Shown in pieces: positions 25,364-29,089 of a stretch of DNA of 29,089 nucleotides. The notes below the pieces were generated by a model. It did not search any database and was not told the origin of the DNA. It saw only the letters and a program-made list of their open reading frames with translations. The stretch is from a virus (Duplodnaviria > Caudoviricetes). The stretch lies in IMG/VR virus record IMGVR_UViG_3300032257_000085, positions 1-29,089 of that record; one strand, written 5' to 3'. How positions within the stretch are numbered: position 1 is the first letter of the stretch; every line of letters begins with the position of its first letter. Made by a program: the position numbers and the translations under genes.

Positions 25364-25785
25364 TGGCTAATCAACAGCTAATACATAAGGCTATCTGGAC
25401 TATTACGCTTACTTTATTTTTAGGAATTGTGAGTACGGCTGGAAGCGTTATATGGTCAACAAACGCGACTAATGAACAGATAAAGAATAATGTTGCTTAC
25501 AGCAAAGAAAATCGAACATTAATTAAGCAGAACCAACATGCAATTGCCTTAATTCATCAAAACGGGGCAACAATGATAGAGCATTTGGCTAAAATATCAG
25601 TTTCAACACAATATATCGAAAAATCTGGTGATGACAGAAATAAACTATTAAAGAAAGTAATTACAAGAGCTGATAAAACAGCTTTAGAGCAAGCCAGAAG
25701 AACGCGTGATGTCAACGCAATAAGGCCAGCTATTAATCGGTTAATAGATCATATAAATACAGATCAGGCACACGGGAAACAATAG
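25363..25785 (+). CDS. single-TM coiled-coil protein, possible holin/antiholin
   Basis: TGATG coupling to the endolysin; N-terminal TM AIWTITLTLFLGIVSTAGSVIW. Confidence 0.5.
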   Translation: MANQQLIHKAIWTITLTLFLGIVSTAGSVIWSTNATNEQIKNNVAYSKENRTLIKQNQHAIALIHQNGATMIEHLAKISVSTQYIEKSGDDRNKLLKKVITRADKTALEQARRTRDVNAIRPAINRLIDHINTDQAHGKQ

Positions 25786-25796
25786 GTATTATTTAA

Positions 25797-28283
25797 GTGA
25801 CTGTAGACGTACAAAAATATTCTGATCCTGATGTAGTCGGTGGTAATGCTGACGGGTCGAGCTGGGCTAATGCGTATGGTGGTATCGACGCGGCATTGAC
25901 TGCAGAACACGCTAATGGTCAGGATTACACAAACATTAACGAAGCAACAATATCCAATATTACTGCCTTCACTACTGCAAACCAGACATTAACATTTTCG
26001 CCATCCGGAGCTACAGCCAGATTTATATCTCAAGTAAGTACAACGCTTCAATATGAGGTATTAACTGGTACACCAACAACAGCAGATTCATTGACAGGTG
26101 CTACTGAAGGCAGTGCCGATGTAGATACAATTGATGACACGAGTGGCGGTGCCGTCACGATAAAGTCACGTAATAGTGACACAACGGGCATCTCTCATTC
26201 ATCAACTACCGTCACTGATGCCACTAATAAACTGATTATTGAAGGTGACTTCACAGGCGCTAAGCCTGACAGCACAAAAGCAGAAATCAATGTCGGAAAT
26301 GCCACAGCGGTCACGCTGAATACTGAATATGTACTGTTTAAGAACATACAGATTTTATGGGCACCCACCAGTAACTCAAGAAGAGGTATCACCTGGTCAG
26401 GAACCGGGCTACTGGAAACAGATACAGTAATCTTGAAATGCGCAGCGACTGGCGGCAATTACATTAGGGGTATTGTTCCAAGTGGCAATGTGTACCTGAA
26501 AAATACATTGTTACTAGATATCAAGCGCGGCTCTAATGATTACATCGGTGTTTACCAGGGCGGTGCAAGAACCTTAAGAGTCTATAACTGCGCGCTGGAT
26601 AATTGCTATCGTGGTGTAACTAATGACTCTAGTGTTGATGCTGAAGTCGTTAATACAGCAATGAATTGTAATATTCTAACAGCAGGAACAGGTACAACCA
26701 ATTTAACTAATTGCGCCTCAACAGCAGGAACAGGCACAAACGCGGTTACTATTTCAGATTGGAATGAACCTGATGTATTTGATAATCGTTTCTTAGATGA
26801 TTTTGATTTAGGGTGGAACTCTGTACTATTAAATACAGGCGTTGGAAGCAGTACGGATTCAGATGTTCCGGCAACAGATATTTATGGTAACACCAGAACA
26901 GCGGCAACAACTACTGATATAGGCGTTCATTACGATTCAGCGCAACACCCAACAGCTACCGACCCACGTATAGAATACGCCTTTAATGAAACAAGCGGGC
27001 TAGTTTGTGCTTCTAATTATAATACTAGATTGAATGGGGTGATCGGTGAAGAGATAACGGTAACAGACACCGGAGCTGCGATTACAGAATATCAAGGGTA
27101 TACAACTGATGGCACAAGTCATTATGTTTCACTGGGCAGTGGTGGTGGTACATTAACAAAATATAATTCTGATTATTCAACAGCCACAGCGACAAACACG
27201 GCTGTTTTTGCTGATCTTTCAGGCAGTCCTAATACGCTTGGCGGCATGAGATATTACAACAACTTGATTTATGTCAGCGCAGAGGTTGGTTCGTGTACGT
27301 CTTATCAGCCTGTATCTGTTGCCATTTATAATACATCGCTTGTATTTCAAGATGAGATTGATATGTCAAACGAAGAGTTTGAAATATCATGCTGTACAGT
27401 GAATGAAGATGATGGTTATGTCTATGCTATGGGTTATTGTTTTGGTAACCGAGTGTGGGTTTATGATCTTGCAACACCTTATGCGTTTGTAGGAACCATT
27501 GATCTGGATGCCAGAGTACATGCAAACGGCATATTTTATGACACAACAACGGCAACTATTTATGTGGCATGTAAAAATGATAGTGCTACGGCTGGAGCAG
27601 AAAGAATACTTAATTTTGATTTAAGTGGTAACTTAATTGGTAGTTGGAATGCACCTACAATTGCAGAAATGGAAGATATTGAAATTGCTGGTGGTGATTT
27701 CAGATATAACGATTATCCGACCCCACACATTACGACTGCGACTTACCCAACAGCACCAACGCGAACAGAGGGTAGTATTCATTTAGATAAAACTTATTAC
27801 ATTGATATATTCGATGAAATAAGTGATGAAGCTACTTTTATTATTGGTCTAAAAGCAACAACTTTTTTTGCCGATAATACCTTTTTTGATTCACACATAG
27901 GGGATACTGAATGGTTTGGTAGTATCGATGCAAGCGGCGTATTGAGTTTCGTTATTGATGGCGCAAGCCCTGTCACTCATACATTACCCAGCGCGACAAC
28001 AGAATATAAAATTGCTATTACAATCGGCGGCAGTGGTGCAACTCGAACAGTTAAGCTTTATGTTGATGACACGCTGGAAGATACACAAACTCAGGATTGG
28101 GTAGCACCTCCAGCAGAATGGTATTCATTAGGAGCTGGCAATAGCAATAACACTAAGAGTGATTGTGAGTTATTTTATTTCGCTGCCTTTGATTATGAAC
28201 TGAGCAGCACCGAAGTTTCAGACTACACGCCGCCAGCATACCCAACCAGTGGTATACTACCCTTAATGATGGCTTACACTTAG
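25797..28283 (+). CDS. large Thr-rich virion appendage / receptor-binding-like protein (beta-helix + beta-propeller + LamG-like)
   Basis: DGSSWANAY start motif, beta-helix-like NC/NT repeats, TDIYGNTR...DIG motif, propeller-like blades, C-terminal LYVDD...SLGA...CEL LamG-like motifs. Confidence 0.65.
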   Translation: MTVDVQKYSDPDVVGGNADGSSWANAYGGIDAALTAEHANGQDYTNINEATISNITAFTTANQTLTFSPSGATARFISQVSTTLQYEVLTGTPTTADSLTGATEGSADVDTIDDTSGGAVTIKSRNSDTTGISHSSTTVTDATNKLIIEGDFTGAKPDSTKAEINVGNATAVTLNTEYVLFKNIQILWAPTSNSRRGITWSGTGLLETDTVILKCAATGGNYIRGIVPSGNVYLKNTLLLDIKRGSNDYIGVYQGGARTLRVYNCALDNCYRGVTNDSSVDAEVVNTAMNCNILTAGTGTTNLTNCASTAGTGTNAVTISDWNEPDVFDNRFLDDFDLGWNSVLLNTGVGSSTDSDVPATDIYGNTRTAATTTDIGVHYDSAQHPTATDPRIEYAFNETSGLVCASNYNTRLNGVIGEEITVTDTGAAITEYQGYTTDGTSHYVSLGSGGGTLTKYNSDYSTATATNTAVFADLSGSPNTLGGMRYYNNLIYVSAEVGSCTSYQPVSVAIYNTSLVFQDEIDMSNEEFEISCCTVNEDDGYVYAMGYCFGNRVWVYDLATPYAFVGTIDLDARVHANGIFYDTTTATIYVACKNDSATAGAERILNFDLSGNLIGSWNAPTIAEMEDIEIAGGDFRYNDYPTPHITTATYPTAPTRTEGSIHLDKTYYIDIFDEISDEATFIIGLKATTFFADNTFFDSHIGDTEWFGSIDASGVLSFVIDGASPVTHTLPSATTEYKIAITIGGSGATRTVKLYVDDTLEDTQTQDWVAPPAEWYSLGAGNSNNTKSDCELFYFAAFDYELSSTEVSDYTPPAYPTSGILPLMMAYT

Positions 28284-28293
28284 AGATTAGCTT

Positions 28294-29089
28294 ATGCACA
28301 ATTACCTAATTACAAAAGGCACAACTGACGTAAGCGTTGAATTACGAATAGTTGATTCGACAGATGGTACGCCTGAAACTGGTGTTGTCTGGAACACGGC
28401 TGGTATTGATTTACAGTACAGAAGAGATGGCGCGGCATCAACAGCGATTACAGAGGCGACATTAGCAGCACTGACAACTGCGCATACAGATGGCGGCTTT
28501 CTTCATATTGGAAATGGCGTTTACAGATTCGATTTACCGGATGCAGCTTGCGCTAGTGGTGTTGATAAAGTGATTGTTCATGGCACTGTTACAGGTATGG
28601 TTGTTATTGGTTGTGTTATTCAGTTGACTGATGTTGATATATTCGATGGTGTTAGAGCCGGTATGACCGCTTTACCGAATGCTGCTGCTGATGCAGCGGG
28701 TGGGTTGCCTATTTCAGATGCGGGGGGTCTTGATCTCGATGGTATGAATACCAACATCAATGATATTGAAACAGATACAAATGAGCTTCAAGGTGATTGG
28801 GCTAATGGTGGCAGGCTTGATTTAATTTTAGATTCAAGAATGGCTGAGGCGAGTATTAATACAACGGCTGGGGCGGTTGATAATGTTACTTTAGTTGCCA
28901 CTACCACAACCAATACGGATATGAGGGGTACAGATTCAGCAGCAACAGCCGCAGCATTAGCAACAGCGCAAACAGACCTTGATACGATTACAGGTACTAA
29001 TGGTGTTCTAATTGACGATACAGAGGCAGCGGCCTTAGTTGATGATGTGTGGGATGAGGTTCTAACAGGTGGAGCTCATAATGTCACTA
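28294..29089 (+). CDS. putative virion fibre/structural protein, truncated by the window end (absent from ORF track)
   Basis: Open from ATG 28294 to the end: MHNYLITKGTTDVSVELRIVDSTDGTPETG...GNGVYRFDLPDAA...LVDDVWDEVL; Ala/Thr/Asp-rich. Confidence 0.7.
   Translation, partial: MHNYLITKGTTDVSVELRIVDSTDGTPETGVVWNTAGIDLQYRRDGAASTAITEATLAALTTAHTDGGFLHIGNGVYRFDLPDAACASGVDKVIVHGTVTGMVVIGCVIQLTDVDIFDGVRAGMTALPNAAADAAGGLPISDAGGLDLDGMNTNINDIETDTNELQGDWANGGRLDLILDSRMAEASINTTAGAVDNVTLVATTTTNTDMRGTDSAATAAALATAQTDLDTITGTNGVLIDDTEAAALVDDVWDEVLTGGAHNVT

Noticed and set aside
74-26458. Minus-strand and alternative-frame ORFs in the track (e.g. 2520-2984, 5694-5981, 11401-11778, 18538-18936)
   Set aside because: Shadows of well-supported + strand genes, with no recognisable motifs

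Overview
This window is about 29 kb of a lambda-like siphovirus genome, AT-rich, with a Gram-negative and probably gammaproteobacterial host (it has spanins, TraR and an SSB ending DDIPF). Every credible gene is on the + strand. Order: possible cos-like end; displaced tail-completion-like gene; terS/terL (gpA family); gpW-like adaptor; lambda-type portal; protease-capsid fusion; head-tail joining genes; tail tube; frameshifting tail chaperone; tape measure; Dit; fused hub/central fibre; holin and spanins. An early/accessory region follows (Cro-like HTH, TraR, an integrase-arm-domain/Xis-like fusion, many small ORFs, SSB, Ref-like HNH, RusA), then an M15 endolysin and large virion-appendage-like genes that run off the end. 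No integrase, CI-type divergent switch, replication initiator, helicase or primase is recognisable in the window. The most notable signals are: a perfect chromosomal-type parS site with no phage parAB; a ~360-nt, promoter-driven, highly structured non-coding segment where a replication module is expected; two Tat-signal proteins whose mature parts resemble phage tail domains; and a repeated palindromic operator/promoter. All protein calls come from motif recognition by eye, not database searches.
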